DNA of 32,000 nucleotides from Candidatus Nitrospira inopinata (GCF_001458695.1 NZ_LN885086.1:810001-842000), one strand, 5' to 3'; shown: positions 1 to 9,480, counted from the first letter of the stretch. Notes: generated by a model not told the origin, from the sequence alone. Numbers and translations are program-made.

Positions 1-338
1 AGCGGTGGAAGGACTCTCTCCAGAGCGGGAATCCTCATAAGGTGATCGCTCACTACGCCTCTAAATCCGTCCTTCTTCCATTCTCTTCAATGAAACCTCT
101 CTTGACGCTCGACGAGAAGGAAGAGTACTTCCGTCATTTTCTCAAGGAAAAGCCGCTGGTCCGCATCAACTCCCATACCATCGAACTGGATTGCAATACG
201 GCCATCAATGAAGGGTTCTATACCTACACCTTTCAAAAAAGCGGGCGGATCGTGAACGCGCGATACAGCGTCGTGTTCAAGTGGGACGGCCTCCAATGGT
301 TGATCACGAGCGATCATTCATCAGTCTTGCCCCGTTAA
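1..338 (+). CDS. SnoaL/NTF2-like (DUF4440 / CaMKII-association-domain-like) small protein; 5' end lies outside the window
   Basis: The frame of the listed 42..338 ORF has no stop back to nt 3, so the CDS is cut by the window edge. The 'M' at 42 is an in-frame GTG. The tail NEGFYTYTFQKSGRIVNARYSVVFKWDGLQWLITSDHSSVLP resembles this fold family. The family call is from memory, not from a search. Confidence 0.5.
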   Translation, partial: RWKDSLQSGNPHKVIAHYASKSVLLPFSSMKPLLTLDEKEEYFRHFLKEKPLVRINSHTIELDCNTAINEGFYTYTFQKSGRIVNARYSVVFKWDGLQWLITSDHSSVLPR

Positions 339-712
339 TCGACTGTACAGGGCCGAACCTGCCGAGAGCGAACTGATTTCATGAGCGACTGCTCGCGGCC
401 TCTATCGAGACAGCGGGTACGACAACACTGTCTCAGGCCACACTAAGCCAGCCACGGGATCTTTCCCGCAAGGTTCCTCATAGAAAAACTGACACAGAAC
501 GATTGAAAGGCACGGCTCTACGGCATGCCGTCTTTGGTGCGTTTGATGCGCCTCTTCTTCCTAAATACAAAGAAAGGGGCGGCATTTGTCTGGTGACGAG
601 ATCGCTGATTCGCAGATGTAGATTTTTTTTTGACAAGCGAATGTAAACTACAGCCCTTCCAATCGTAGCTGCACCGCTTCGACCGCTGGTTTATACGGAA
701 GGGGGAGAGATC

Positions 713-1564
713 ATGCTCATCATGCTGTGGGAATTCATAGTTGTTATGGCATTGTTACTGCCGGCAGCAGGTTTGTATGCAGGGGAGGGGGAAGCACTCA
801 CATGGAGTTACGATGGCGAACGGGGGCCGCTGCATTGGGGGAAGCTTAGCCCGGAGTTTGCTCTCTGCGAGAAAGGTATGGCGCAATCGCCGATCGATTT
901 ATTGCGTAGCCACAGGATTGCGCTGGATGAAATCCAGTTTTCCTATAAAGATGCGCCGTTCCACATCGTCAACAATGGGCATACACTGTCGGAAATCGAA
1001 CCCCTTTCAGAAACGGCCAAATCTCGATACCCCAGACATGGGCAGACCGTCTTGCACTTCGATAAGGACAGCACCATCGTGTTCGACGGAGACCTCTACC
1101 TCCTGGAGCAATTCCATTTTCATGCTCCCAGCGAGCACACCATCGATCAGAGACACTATCCCTTGGAGTTGCATCTGGTTCACCATAACGAGCGTCATGA
1201 AGCGGCCGTCGTCGCCGTGTTCATCCAGGAGGGACAGCACAATCCGTTTTTTGAGAAATTCCTGGACCATGCTCCTCACAAGGTCGGAGAATTCATTGAG
1301 GACAAGGAACATCTGATCAATCCGGAGACGCTCTTGCCCAAAAGCCGGACCTACTACCGTTATTACGGATCCTATACCACCCCGCCGTGCCATGAAGGCG
1401 TCGTATGGGCCGTGATGCATGAACCCATTGAAGTTTCAACCGAACAGGTTCGACGTTTTCGGGCCCTCATGGGACATGACAACGCACGACCGACACAACC
1501 GTTGCATAAGCGTTTTGTTTTGGACTCCAGCCTGGCACTCCCAAACGCTCATACCAAACGTTAA
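713..1564 (+). CDS. secreted alpha-class carbonic anhydrase
   Basis: ATG 713 is preceded by GGGGGAG (701-707). There is a hydrophobic N-terminal signal (LLLPAAGLYA|GEG). Alpha-CA hallmarks are present: WSYDGERGPLHWG, SPIDL, and YYRYYGSYTTPPCHEGVVW. The zinc triad is in QFHFHAPSEH (H135, H137) and LELHLVH (H154). Confidence 0.93.
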   Translation: MLIMLWEFIVVMALLLPAAGLYAGEGEALTWSYDGERGPLHWGKLSPEFALCEKGMAQSPIDLLRSHRIALDEIQFSYKDAPFHIVNNGHTLSEIEPLSETAKSRYPRHGQTVLHFDKDSTIVFDGDLYLLEQFHFHAPSEHTIDQRHYPLELHLVHHNERHEAAVVAVFIQEGQHNPFFEKFLDHAPHKVGEFIEDKEHLINPETLLPKSRTYYRYYGSYTTPPCHEGVVWAVMHEPIEVSTEQVRRFRALMGHDNARPTQPLHKRFVLDSSLALPNAHTKR

Positions 1565-1739
1565 CGCTCGCGGCTCTCTTTAGAAAGGCTCTCGATCCGC
1601 CGCCCCACAGGACGGCGGACGGCCGCTCGTACCCTCCTCGATGTCAGGCAATCTGCCGAGGCCCCCCTACGTTTGGGGCATTGCGGAACCATCCGTGGAT
1701 CGGTCATAACTGGCGCGTCCCTGGAGTACAGGCCCATCG

Positions 1740-1964
1740 ATGGCTCAAATCATCAATCTCAGCGAACACGCCAGCGACGAGGACGTTCACTATCTGACGT
1801 CTCTTCTGATTTACCATCTGGTCGAACGTTGCGGGGGGCAGTTGCAATTTACCCTTCAAGAGGTTCGACAGATCCGCGACAGCCTCGCGACCAAGATGGT
1901 GCAAATCCAGCTCGGCAACGACGTGCGCCTCCGCATCATCGACCGCCTACCGGAGCTGCGGTAG
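1740..1964 (+). CDS. hypothetical small protein (74 aa)
   Basis: ATG-initiated ORF in an otherwise empty gap, with a non-repetitive, plausibly helical sequence. The SD is weak (GGAG about 14 nt upstream). No family was recognised. Confidence 0.35.
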   Translation: MAQIINLSEHASDEDVHYLTSLLIYHLVERCGGQLQFTLQEVRQIRDSLATKMVQIQLGNDVRLRIIDRLPELR

Positions 1965-2054
1965 CCGACGACTCTTTTGGAGCTTCCTCCCCTCCAGAGG
2001 ATGCCCTATGGAAAATCCCTTCCGCGACAAGAAGAGAAACCGTGGCAGACGGGA

Positions 2055-2825
2055 TCACAAATTGATCCAAAGCTGCAACAGCAGCATGTGATTGATCAGA
2101 TTCGCGTTTCCTTCCAGCTTTCGATTGTTGATCATTTGATTCTGGTAACCGAGATCAACATTGACATGCTGGCTGAAGGTTTTATTAATGCCGAGAAAGA
2201 ACCGGTTTTGGTCCAAGCCGGCTTCCGGCCCCTTGCTCGTGATTGTCCCCACCGTGTTGAGATTGACGAAGACCTCATCATACACGACCACGGCCCAAGT
2301 AGGGGCCGGCGGAATCGGGACATCCACCCGAAACATCTGGCGGAAACGTACGGCTGTGCCGTCGGCATGCTCGATCCACCGCTCTTCCAATCTGGTTCGG
2401 CTGAGGAATTTGAGATGCGAGAATTTGTGGAGATAATTGACCTGCTGATAGATTCGATTCTCTTCGAAGAATCGGGGACCTGTTGGTTGATTATAGTTGC
2501 CGACCCAGGCGTAGCCTTGCCAGATGGAGACATGTTCGGTTAACTGATATCCAATCGCCGGGCGGAGCAACAATTGATCGATGTTCGTAACATCGTCCGC
2601 AAAACGAGGGTTGACCTCCATGTAGGCCAGAAACGAGGCCGGCAGCTTCACGGTCAAATAAACCGGTGTCCAGAGTCGGAAGTCCGACTTCGTATTGGGC
2701 CCCAGCTCGGTATAGGCCTGCACGGGAGGCGCGCCGAGCACGATCAACACCCACAGAGTCACAATCCAAACCATATGTACCGCGTGACGGTGTCTTTGCC
2801 CCGCACCTATTCGTTCCATAGGCAT
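2055..2825 (-). CDS. predicted outer-membrane beta-barrel protein (DUF2490-like)
   Basis: The 356-aa ORF was trimmed to the internal ATG at 2825, which is preceded by GGAAGGAAAGAAG. The product then starts MPMERIG...MVWIVTLWVLIVLGAPPVQA|YTELG, a signal peptide. The rest has alternating aromatic and polar beta-strand-like repeats (WQGYAWVGNY, RFRQMFRVDV, VDLGYQNQ). The DUF2490 assignment is from memory. Confidence 0.5.
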   Translation of the reverse strand: MPMERIGAGQRHRHAVHMVWIVTLWVLIVLGAPPVQAYTELGPNTKSDFRLWTPVYLTVKLPASFLAYMEVNPRFADDVTNIDQLLLRPAIGYQLTEHVSIWQGYAWVGNYNQPTGPRFFEENRIYQQVNYLHKFSHLKFLSRTRLEERWIEHADGTAVRFRQMFRVDVPIPPAPTWAVVVYDEVFVNLNTVGTITSKGPEAGLDQNRFFLGINKTFSQHVNVDLGYQNQMINNRKLEGNANLINHMLLLQLWINL

Positions 2826-3160
2826 CTTCTTTCCTTCCGATAGAGGTTGATCGCCTTGCGTCGGCTTTCGTCTGGGTGGGACCGGCGTGCATGATGGATG
2901 ATACGTGCACACACAACCAGCACGGGCCGGCCACTTGAGCGCAACAGGGTACTCTTCACCCATGAGAAATCGCAAGACCAGGATCCTGCAGGGAATGTGC
3001 CTCTTGCCCCAAGACACCCCCTTGGAGAGCATCTCTTCGCCTGTCGTTAGTAGACGCCGATAGAAGATTCGTGACGGTCCTTCAACAGGAGCTGGGACGA
3101 AGACAAGTTTGCGAGCCTGATCCATTGCGCCGGATGGGCTCTTGTGGTTAGCTACTCGGC

Positions 3161-3571
3161 ATGTTGCGCATCGCGTCCCATGTCGCCATCCCGGATTCCG
3201 AAATCGAGATTCACTCCGTGCGCGCTCAAGGAGCCGGAGGACAGCACGTCAACAAGGTGTCAACCGCCGTTCACTTGCGATTCGATATCGGAGCTTCCTC
3301 GCTTCCACCGGCCTATAAGCAAGCGTTGTTGAGGCTGCGGGACCACCGAATTTCAGGCGACGGCGTGATTACGATCAAATCGCAGGAGCACCGTTCCCGC
3401 GAGCGGAATCGGGAGGAGGCTGTCGCCCGGTTGCTGGCTCTAATTCAGGGAACGATCATTCCGCGGAAAAAGCGCAAACCGACCGCGCCCACCAACGCAT
3501 CCCGTGAACGGCGGATCGCGAGCAAGAAACTGAGGGGACGGTTGAAGTCACAACGAAAAGGGTTGGAGTGA
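3161..3571 (+). CDS. arfB: alternative ribosome-rescue factor ArfB (YaeJ), peptidyl-tRNA hydrolase
   Basis: 136 aa. It is near-collinear with E. coli ArfB as I recall it: [37 protein letters not shown] (GGQ motif), then the basic tail [31 protein letters not shown]. Confidence 0.9.
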   Translation: MLRIASHVAIPDSEIEIHSVRAQGAGGQHVNKVSTAVHLRFDIGASSLPPAYKQALLRLRDHRISGDGVITIKSQEHRSRERNREEAVARLLALIQGTIIPRKKRKPTAPTNASRERRIASKKLRGRLKSQRKGLE

Positions 3572-3651
3572 TCGCGGGACTTGACGCGTTCCTGATCCCC
3601 CTCTCGCAAGGAAGCCCCGTGAGGAACGGCGTGATGATCGTAAGCAGCCGG

Positions 3652-4326
3652 TCAGAACCGAGGCGTGTAGCTCGCCGTGGCGGAAGCGGCTCCGACTTTG
3701 CGGAGCTGCTGCAGGACGGCTTTGGCCTCAGAAACGAATGTGGTCCGTTTGTATTGTTGGGCGATGGCCAGCGCATCGGACGCCAATGTCACGGCTTCCT
3801 GATGACGTCCTTGCTCATGGCGAACCTTGGCGAGGGCCAGTCTTGCGTTCACCGCTTTCGGCGCCAGCAGAACGACGTGCTCAAGAATCCGTTCTCCTTT
3901 TTCCGAATCACCGCCTAAGAGTCCGGGGAGTTTGACAAGCAACGTCCCTTTCGCGGAGAGGGCATCGATGTGCGACGGGTCAAGCTCAAGAGCCCGATCG
4001 AGCTCGTTCATCATGCGGTGAAATCCAAAGAGCGACGTGAGCGACTCGCCGTCGATTCGAAGGAGTTCGCCGAGGTTGCAGAACAGGGAAAAATGCGCGT
4101 CGGCGCTACGCTCGTTTCGCGCGACGGCCAACTCACCCAACGTTCGCCCTTGCTCAAAATGCGCGAGCCGCGCCGCGCGGTCCGTCGCGGCCCGCCCCCG
4201 TTCGCATTCCTCCAGCGCCTGACCGGCAAGATTACCGGTCGCGTCCTCGGCAGACACAGCCATCGGTTGAAGAAAAAGACCGATCGCCGCACCAATCGCG
4301 ATGATGCTGAGTTTCAGGGGGGTCAT
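3652..4326 (-). CDS. secreted TPR-like repeat protein
   Basis: Signal peptide MTPLKLSIIAIGAAIGLFLQPMAVSA|EDA, followed by helical-repeat sequence (ALELDPSHIDALSAKGTLL..., ARLALAKVRHEQGRHQEAV). Confidence 0.65.
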   Translation of the reverse strand: MTPLKLSIIAIGAAIGLFLQPMAVSAEDATGNLAGQALEECERGRAATDRAARLAHFEQGRTLGELAVARNERSADAHFSLFCNLGELLRIDGESLTSLFGFHRMMNELDRALELDPSHIDALSAKGTLLVKLPGLLGGDSEKGERILEHVVLLAPKAVNARLALAKVRHEQGRHQEAVTLASDALAIAQQYKRTTFVSEAKAVLQQLRKVGAASATASYTPRF

Positions 4327-4401
4327 AGAATCAACTTGGCGGAAAGAGCGTCATCCCCAGATGCTATCCAGTATAACAGATTGAAAGAAAGGCGGCTGCC
4401 A

Positions 4402-4424
4402 GCGCTCTCCGACCATGAGAGCGC
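4402..4424 (-). terminator. candidate hairpin downstream of fabI
   Basis: GCGCTCTC (4402-4409) / 7-nt loop / GAGAGCGC (4417-4424). On the minus strand a CTTTCTTTC tract follows a few nt later. It lies about 160 nt from the fabI stop, so the assignment is weak. Confidence 0.3.
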
Positions 4425-4585
4425 GCCGGTTCTCGTACTGGGTTGCCACGGACACCGATGCCCCCATCCTCACAAACAACACACGACGGATACTTTGGGG
4501 GGAATTGACCGTCAAAGGAGCGTGCCATCCGTATTCATCACGATCCTCGTCACCGCCCGATTGACATCCGTGGACTTGGAACGGG

Positions 4586-5365
4586 CTATTCCCCCGAAGC
4601 CATCATGCCCAAAATATGGAATCCTCCGTCCACATAGATGACTTCCCCGGTAATGCCACGCCCCAATGGGCTGACCAAGAACAGCGCGGTGTCTCCGACT
4701 TCGCCCTGCTCGGTTGGCCGTCGAAGCGGGGCAAATTCTTTATGGATATCGATCATCTTGGTAATGCCAGAGACGCCCCGAGCCGCCAGCGTCTTGATCG
4801 GGCCCGCTGAAATGGCATTGACGCGGATGTTCTTGGGGCCGAGGTCGTAGGCCAGGTATCGGACGGTGCATTCGAGCGCGGCTTTCGCAACTCCCATGAC
4901 GTTGTAGTGAGGAACCACTCGTTCCGCGCCGAGATAGCTGAGTGTAACGACAGATCCACCCTCCGTCATCAACGGCATGGCCGCGCGGGTCACCGCCACC
5001 AGGGAGTACGCGCTGATGTCGAGCGCGGTCGCAAATCCCTGGCGCGTCGTATTTACGAACTGCCCCGTAAGTTCTTCACGCGGCGCGAACGCCAGAGAAT
5101 GGATCACGAAATCGATTCGTCCCAGCTCTTTTTGCGCATGGTGCATCAAGGTCTCGATCTCGGCGTCATTCGCCACGTCGCACGCGAAGGCCTTAGCGCC
5201 GGGAACCGTGGCGACCAATTCCTCCACGTTCTGCTTCAACCGTTCATTTTGATAATTGAAGAGCAGCCGAGCCCCTTGACTCGCCACCGACTGGGCGATG
5301 GACCATGCAATACTGTGTTTATTGGCCACGCCGATAATGACGCCGTTTTTTCCGTTCAGCAACAT
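4586..5365 (-). CDS. fabI: enoyl-[acyl-carrier-protein] reductase (NADH), FabI
   Basis: 259 aa. LLNGKNGVIIGVANKHSIAWSIAQ is the glycine-rich NAD fold typical of FabI, and SYLGAERVVPHYNVMGVAKAALE carries the Y-x6-K catalytic pair. GAGGAG SD lies 9 nt upstream of ATG 5365. Confidence 0.95.
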   Translation of the reverse strand: MLLNGKNGVIIGVANKHSIAWSIAQSVASQGARLLFNYQNERLKQNVEELVATVPGAKAFACDVANDAEIETLMHHAQKELGRIDFVIHSLAFAPREELTGQFVNTTRQGFATALDISAYSLVAVTRAAMPLMTEGGSVVTLSYLGAERVVPHYNVMGVAKAALECTVRYLAYDLGPKNIRVNAISAGPIKTLAARGVSGITKMIDIHKEFAPLRRPTEQGEVGDTALFLVSPLGRGITGEVIYVDGGFHILGMMASGE

Positions 5366-5883
5366 GATGTTTTTTGCTCCTCGTCGGCGCGCCTCTTCGC
5401 CTCTCGACGCACCGGTCTGTGGTGGATGACGACTCCTTGCCCTTTTCGTCGCCTCCCGTCATTCGTCAACTCCTCAGCGGTGAACGTGGAGTCGGCAGAC
5501 TGTTTCGGACGAGACGATCCGGCATTCGACGGGGCCGAAGATAACATGATTTTTGGTCTCTGTGAATGAGACTTCTCACCCGACGAAGCCATAGGCCTTC
5601 GTGCGCCGTATGAAACGCAGGAAAACGCCTACACAGGGTGTTCAGCAGAAGACTATTGCAATGAGGCGGTTTCGCCGTTTTATGGCCATTTTGCCACAGG
5701 ATTTTGAAGGGCAAGCCCTTCGATTCTTCGTGAGAAACGACTCATGAATGAATCAATGTATGGCATATTCGTTTGAGTCAGGCTCTTTAGAAGCGCGGCA
5801 TCGAGCTTGCTCTATACCATGAGCAGGTGAGTCGTCAGAAGTCTTCTTTTAATCCAAATTTTATTATAGGGAGGGTGCTCGTT

Positions 5884-6087
5884 ATGAAGCGTATCATGAT
5901 GGCGGTCCTGGCAGTCGCGGTGTCGGTTACATTCCTTGCTCCGGCCTTTGCGGAGGAGAAAAAGAAGGAAGAAAAGAAGGGTGGCCACGTCGTGGTCTAC
6001 GGCGAGGAGAAGAAGAAAGAAGAAAAGAAGGGCGGTCATGCCGAGACTTTTGCCGACGCCGACAAGGAAAAGAAGCCGGGCAAGTAA
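5884..6087 (+). CDS. small secreted Lys/Glu-rich repeat protein (67 aa)
   Basis: The listed ORF was trimmed to ATG 5884, which is preceded by GGGAGGG (5868-5874). Signal peptide MKRIMMAVLAVAVSVTFLAPAFA|EE. The mature part contains two exact copies of EEKKKEEKKGGH. Confidence 0.6.
   Translation: MKRIMMAVLAVAVSVTFLAPAFAEEKKKEEKKGGHVVVYGEEKKKEEKKGGHAETFADADKEKKPGK
5953..6039 (+). repeat. two copies of a 36-nt coding repeat (5953-5988 and 6004-6039) separated by 15 nt
   Basis: Both units encode EEKKKEEKKGGH. The DNA copies differ at several synonymous positions (gaggagaaaaagaaggaagaaaagaagggtggccac vs gaggagaagaagaaagaagaaaagaagggcggtcat). Confidence 0.85.
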
Positions 6088-6122
6088 AGACGGCTTTCCC
6101 TTTTTGCTTCCTGTTGAGAGAG

Positions 6123-6151
6123 GGGCACCTCATGGTCTATGAGGTGCCCCG
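6123..6151. terminator. 12-bp perfect stem-loop between convergent genes
   Basis: GGGGCACCTCAT (6123-6134) / GGTCT / ATGAGGTGCCCC (6140-6151). On the plus strand TCTCGTTTATTG follows. It sits between the stops at 6087 (+) and 6166 (-). Confidence 0.6.
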
Positions 6152-6165
6152 GGCCTGTGTCTCGT

Positions 6166-6681
6166 TTATTGTCCATGAGCGAGAAGATATGACGTTTGGA
6201 GGCCGACGATCGTCTTGGCATCTCGAATGATTCCCTCACGGATTTTCTTTACGGCCTCCGCCAGCGGCATCTCGACGACATCGAGCACTTCGTCACGATC
6301 CAATTGTTGACGTCCCTTGGTCAGCCCCGCCGCCTGATAGACGTGAATGACCTCGTCGGCGAAGCCAGGGGCGGTGAAGATGCTGCACAGCAGTGTAAAC
6401 GATGAGGCCCGATAGCCCACCTCTTCTTCCAACTCCCGCTCGGCGCAACATAAAGGATCTTCTCCCGGCTGAAGCTTTCCCGCGGGAATCTCATAGATGA
6501 ATCCCCCCGCCGCATGGCGAAACTGCCGAATCAGCACAACGGTGCCGTCCTCTTTGAGTGGAACGACGGCGGCCGCTCCCGGGTGACGGATCGTTTCAAG
6601 ATCCACCGTTTCTCCGTTGGGCAATCGAACGCTCTCGAGGTTCAGGGTCACGACTCTGCCGCTGTAGATGTTTTTTATCAT
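6166..6681 (-). CDS. NUDIX hydrolase (ADP-ribose pyrophosphatase-like)
   Basis: Trimmed to ATG 6681 (MIKNIYSGR...), which has a GGAAGGA SD and removes the overlap with gcvT. The Nudix box is visible: GKLQPGEDPLCCAERELEEEVGY. Confidence 0.85.
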   Translation of the reverse strand: MIKNIYSGRVVTLNLESVRLPNGETVDLETIRHPGAAAVVPLKEDGTVVLIRQFRHAAGGFIYEIPAGKLQPGEDPLCCAERELEEEVGYRASSFTLLCSIFTAPGFADEVIHVYQAAGLTKGRQQLDRDEVLDVVEMPLAEAVKKIREGIIRDAKTIVGLQTSYLLAHGQ

Positions 6682-6748
6682 CGAGGACGATCCTTCCCTC
6701 TCAAGGCGGCCTGCAAAGGCAACCGTTTCTTTCACACGTCCCGCGTCA

Positions 6749-7855
6749 TTAGTTCCCCGGAGCCTTCCGATAGAAGGGGGGGAACACAACGACGGCCGGG
6801 ATCACCTTTCCTCGGATGTCAATGGCGACGGCGGTTCCTGGAACGGCATAGGCGGAAGATACGTACCCCATACCGATCCCCTTTTGCAGAATGGGCGAGA
6901 AATTCCCACTGGTGACCGCGCCAATTGCTTGGCCGGTCGCCCGATCAAGAATGGTGAATCCTTGCCGGGGCACGGCTCTCTCCGTCAACTCAAAGCCGAT
7001 GAGGCGACGTGCCGGTCCGGCCTGCTTCTGGGACCATAGCGCAGCCCGGCCGATAAACTCGCCTTTGGCAAAGTCGATCGTCCATTCAGCCCCTGCCTCA
7101 AGCGGCGTCGTGTCCTCATTGATGTCGTTGCCATAGAGCAGGTATCCCATCTCCAATCGAAGCAGGTCTCGCGCCCCAAGCCCAGCCGGCTTGACGCCGA
7201 AGGGCCGCCCGCTTTCCAACAGGGTCGTCCACACCGTTGCGGGGGGACCGAACACATAGAACTCGTAGCCGAATTCACCGGTATAGCCGGTCCGGGCGAC
7301 AAGACACGAGACGCCTCCGATGGTCACTCGCGTCGCTTCCCTTCGCTTCAGCTTCTCCAGCGACGGTATTCCCAGCTTTGCGACGATCTCCCTGGTGGCC
7401 GGTCCTTGCAAGGCAATCTGAGCAATCTCTCCCGAGCGATCCTGGATGCGACAGTCGACGCCACGTTGCGCCTGTTCCAGCAACCACGACAGAATCTTGG
7501 CGCGATTGGACGCGTTCACGCAGAGAAGATACGAATCGGGATCGCTCAGTCGATAGACGAAGACGTCGTCCTTGATGCCGCCCCCGTGGTTACAAACCAT
7601 CGAATAGTGCGCGTGCCAGGGATCGAGCGCGGCGATGTTGTTGGTGGTGACGGCTTGCAGAAACGACCCGGCGGACGGCCCGTCAACCATAATGCGGCCC
7701 ATGTGGCTGACGTCGAACAATCCTCCCCCAGTTCTCACCGCCTGATATTCGTCCACCACTCCGCTGTACTGAATCGGCATTTCCCAACCGGCGAAGGCGA
7801 CAAGCTTGGCGCCTGCGGCTCGATGTTGCGCAGTGAGCGGGGTTTGCTGGATCAT
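6749..7855 (-). CDS. gcvT: glycine cleavage system aminomethyltransferase (T protein)
   Basis: 368 aa. TPLTAQHRAAGAKLVAFAGWEMPIQYSG...FDVSHMGRI...ARTGYTGEFGYEF...GLGARDLLRLEMGY are classical GcvT blocks. Confidence 0.95.
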   Translation of the reverse strand: MIQQTPLTAQHRAAGAKLVAFAGWEMPIQYSGVVDEYQAVRTGGGLFDVSHMGRIMVDGPSAGSFLQAVTTNNIAALDPWHAHYSMVCNHGGGIKDDVFVYRLSDPDSYLLCVNASNRAKILSWLLEQAQRGVDCRIQDRSGEIAQIALQGPATREIVAKLGIPSLEKLKRREATRVTIGGVSCLVARTGYTGEFGYEFYVFGPPATVWTTLLESGRPFGVKPAGLGARDLLRLEMGYLLYGNDINEDTTPLEAGAEWTIDFAKGEFIGRAALWSQKQAGPARRLIGFELTERAVPRQGFTILDRATGQAIGAVTSGNFSPILQKGIGMGYVSSAYAVPGTAVAIDIRGKVIPAVVVFPPFYRKAPGN

Positions 7856-7906
7856 AGAAAAATAGGACGCCGAAGCCTCTAAATCTATTGGAAGATACGA
7901 CTTGTC

Positions 7907-9163
7907 CTATGACATTCGCTGCTCTTCGTCCAAGCGGCCGCCGATGGCGGTTCTGCGTTCCGGCTCGGCAAAAATGGCCATGCTGGCCGTATAACTGTGG
8001 AGGACGTTGTGTCTTCCCACGGGACCGATCTCTCCTTGGGCAAAAAAGCCGGCAACGGGTATTCCGCCCAACCGATCCGCCACGGTGCGCGCGTCGTGAT
8101 GGGGTTTCCCGAACAGTCCCCGCCCGCGTCCGCAACAACTGAACAACAGGGCTCCAAGAGGCGCTTGGCGATGACCGAACCGATCGGCATCGAGCAACTC
8201 CTTCAAATCTTCGCCGGCCGAACGCGCGTCCCGCAGTTGGAACTGCACGGTCTGGCCTTCTCGCACAAGATCGCCGATCACCAGCGATCCGGTCTCTTGA
8301 TCGACCCCGATCAGGTGACGGATGAGAAAATCCCCGCGCTCGAAACGATCCCGGTATTCATCGACGGCGATGCCGATGTGGAGCGCGCTTTTGGCCTGTT
8401 CCCGCTCCTCTTCCGACATGGCTTCCAGAAGATCTCGCAGCCGTTCCAGCGCGGGAACGCCGCCCAGTTCATGGATGCGATTGTGCTCGGCTTTTGTGAT
8501 GACAAACCGCTCTCCGACCAACCGACACCCCTGGGAAACGACGGGGCGAACGGCCAAAGGACCGGAAAACCGCACTCCCACGAGTCCGCCCGTGAGGGCC
8601 TCTCCTTGCAGGACCAATCGATTCTCGCCGCTTTCGTTCCCTCCTCCAGCCAGTCCTCCGATCGCCATGGCCTCGGGATATCGTTGAGCGAGAAACTTTA
8701 AGGCCTCCTGCATCGGCAGAGTCAAGGGGTCGGCCAAGAGGAGAAGGGCGGAGGGAGATCCATCGGGCCCAGGCCACTCCTGCAATCGAAATTGGTCTTG
8801 CGTCGGGGAAAAGGATAGGCGAACGGGCGCCGGCGTGACACCCGGCAACGACGCGGCCCACAGTGAAATTCCCGGTATGCTCTCCAGTTCCTCCGTTCCG
8901 GCAATGACTCCCTCGCCGCTGCAACCGATCAGCAATCGCGGGGAGAGCAACCGATGAATCGCCGAAGCCAATTGCGCGGCGCGCCGAACATGATGCGCGG
9001 AGAAAAACAGGCAGGCAAGGTCGATCGGCGCGGATTCCAGCTTGGACCGAATGTCGTCGGCAAGGTCACACGCGGCGGCTTCCGTATCCGATCGTTTGGA
9101 GAGAGCCGCCGCGAAGCGCAACGCCGACGGGCGAGCGGACGATGAAGGCTGAAGACCCGGCAT
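7907..9163 (-). CDS. stand-alone FIST-domain sensor protein (FIST_N + FIST_C, no output domain)
   Basis: 418 aa. The N-terminal part has LACLFFSAHH...LIGCSGEGVIAG. The C-terminal part has LLFSCCGRGRGLFGKPHHDARTV...IPVAGFFAQGEIGPVG, which matches my recollection of the FIST_C signature. Confidence 0.75.
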   Translation of the reverse strand: MPGLQPSSSARPSALRFAAALSKRSDTEAAACDLADDIRSKLESAPIDLACLFFSAHHVRRAAQLASAIHRLLSPRLLIGCSGEGVIAGTEELESIPGISLWAASLPGVTPAPVRLSFSPTQDQFRLQEWPGPDGSPSALLLLADPLTLPMQEALKFLAQRYPEAMAIGGLAGGGNESGENRLVLQGEALTGGLVGVRFSGPLAVRPVVSQGCRLVGERFVITKAEHNRIHELGGVPALERLRDLLEAMSEEEREQAKSALHIGIAVDEYRDRFERGDFLIRHLIGVDQETGSLVIGDLVREGQTVQFQLRDARSAGEDLKELLDADRFGHRQAPLGALLFSCCGRGRGLFGKPHHDARTVADRLGGIPVAGFFAQGEIGPVGRHNVLHSYTASMAIFAEPERRTAIGGRLDEEQRMS

Positions 9164-9190
9164 GGATTGCCTACCAGATACCCCAGGAAA

Positions 9191-9418
9191 TCATACCCCC
9201 GGGTCCATTCGCTGAGCTCGATCCTGCGCCAACTTTTTGTAATAACGCCAGAGATAGGAATGATAGTCGTCGAGCTGGGCGAGCAAATAATGCAGTTCGG
9301 TGGGATCTTCCGTTTCCAACGCCCGAACCATGCGCGTCTTCAAGAACTCGGCGAAGGCCTCGGTCTTTTCAACGGCCGTGAACAGTTTGAGACCGCCGCC
9401 AATTTGATATTCGTTCAT
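9191..9418 (-). CDS. hypothetical small protein (about 75 aa); start uncertain (9418, 9451 or 9499)
   Basis: The ORF ends 27 nt upstream of the FIST gene start, so it is probably co-transcribed. The sequence is helical and non-repetitive. No strong SD precedes any candidate start. Confidence 0.4.
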   Translation of the reverse strand: MNEYQIGGGLKLFTAVEKTEAFAEFLKTRMVRALETEDPTELHYLLAQLDDYHSYLWRYYKKLAQDRAQRMDPGV

Positions 9419-9480
9419 TGTTTGAACTCGTTTTGAACCGGGGTAGAGCATACAGATGGGGCTTCCGTAATTGCAAGCTT

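Noticed and set aside
520-531. 12-nt palindrome ACGGCATGCCGT followed by CTTTGG, considered as the terminator of the first gene.
   Set aside because: The stem would be only 4-5 bp, with a weak T tract, and it lies about 180 nt from the stop. This is not enough support.
621-660. T9 run followed by a perfect TTGACA (630-635) upstream of the alpha-CA gene, considered as a sigma70 promoter with an UP element.
   Set aside because: No acceptable -10 hexamer lies 16-18 nt downstream (the 17-nt position reads GCCCTT). It was left unannotated, though a TSS map could revive it.
1977-2543. 188-aa plus-strand ORF opposite the DUF2490-like gene. The same class includes other long antisense ORFs: 3970..4641, 4907..5569, 7997..8701, 9794..10366, 10496..11263, 15882..16403, 16759..17322, 17464..18141, 28688..29446, 29732..30490 and 30932..31591.
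   Set aside because: Each lies antisense to a gene with unmistakable family signatures. Their products are Arg/Gly/Pro/Ser-rich and low in complexity. Long shadow ORFs are expected in G+C-rich DNA.
2826-3125. 100-codon N-terminal extension of the 2055..3125 ORF.
   Set aside because: The extension is Cys/Pro/Arg-rich and precedes an internal ATG (2825) that has a purine-rich SD and is followed at once by a signal peptide. The shorter gene is far more plausible.
5760-5776. TGGCATATTCGTTTGA upstream of the small repeat-protein gene, considered as a sigma54 promoter.
   Set aside because: The -12 element reads TTTGA instead of TTGC, and the GG/GC register is off by one.
7856-7906. Possible glycine riboswitch upstream of gcvT.
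   Set aside because: The gap to the preceding gene is only 51 nt, far shorter than even a single glycine aptamer, and no conserved aptamer-like helices are visible.
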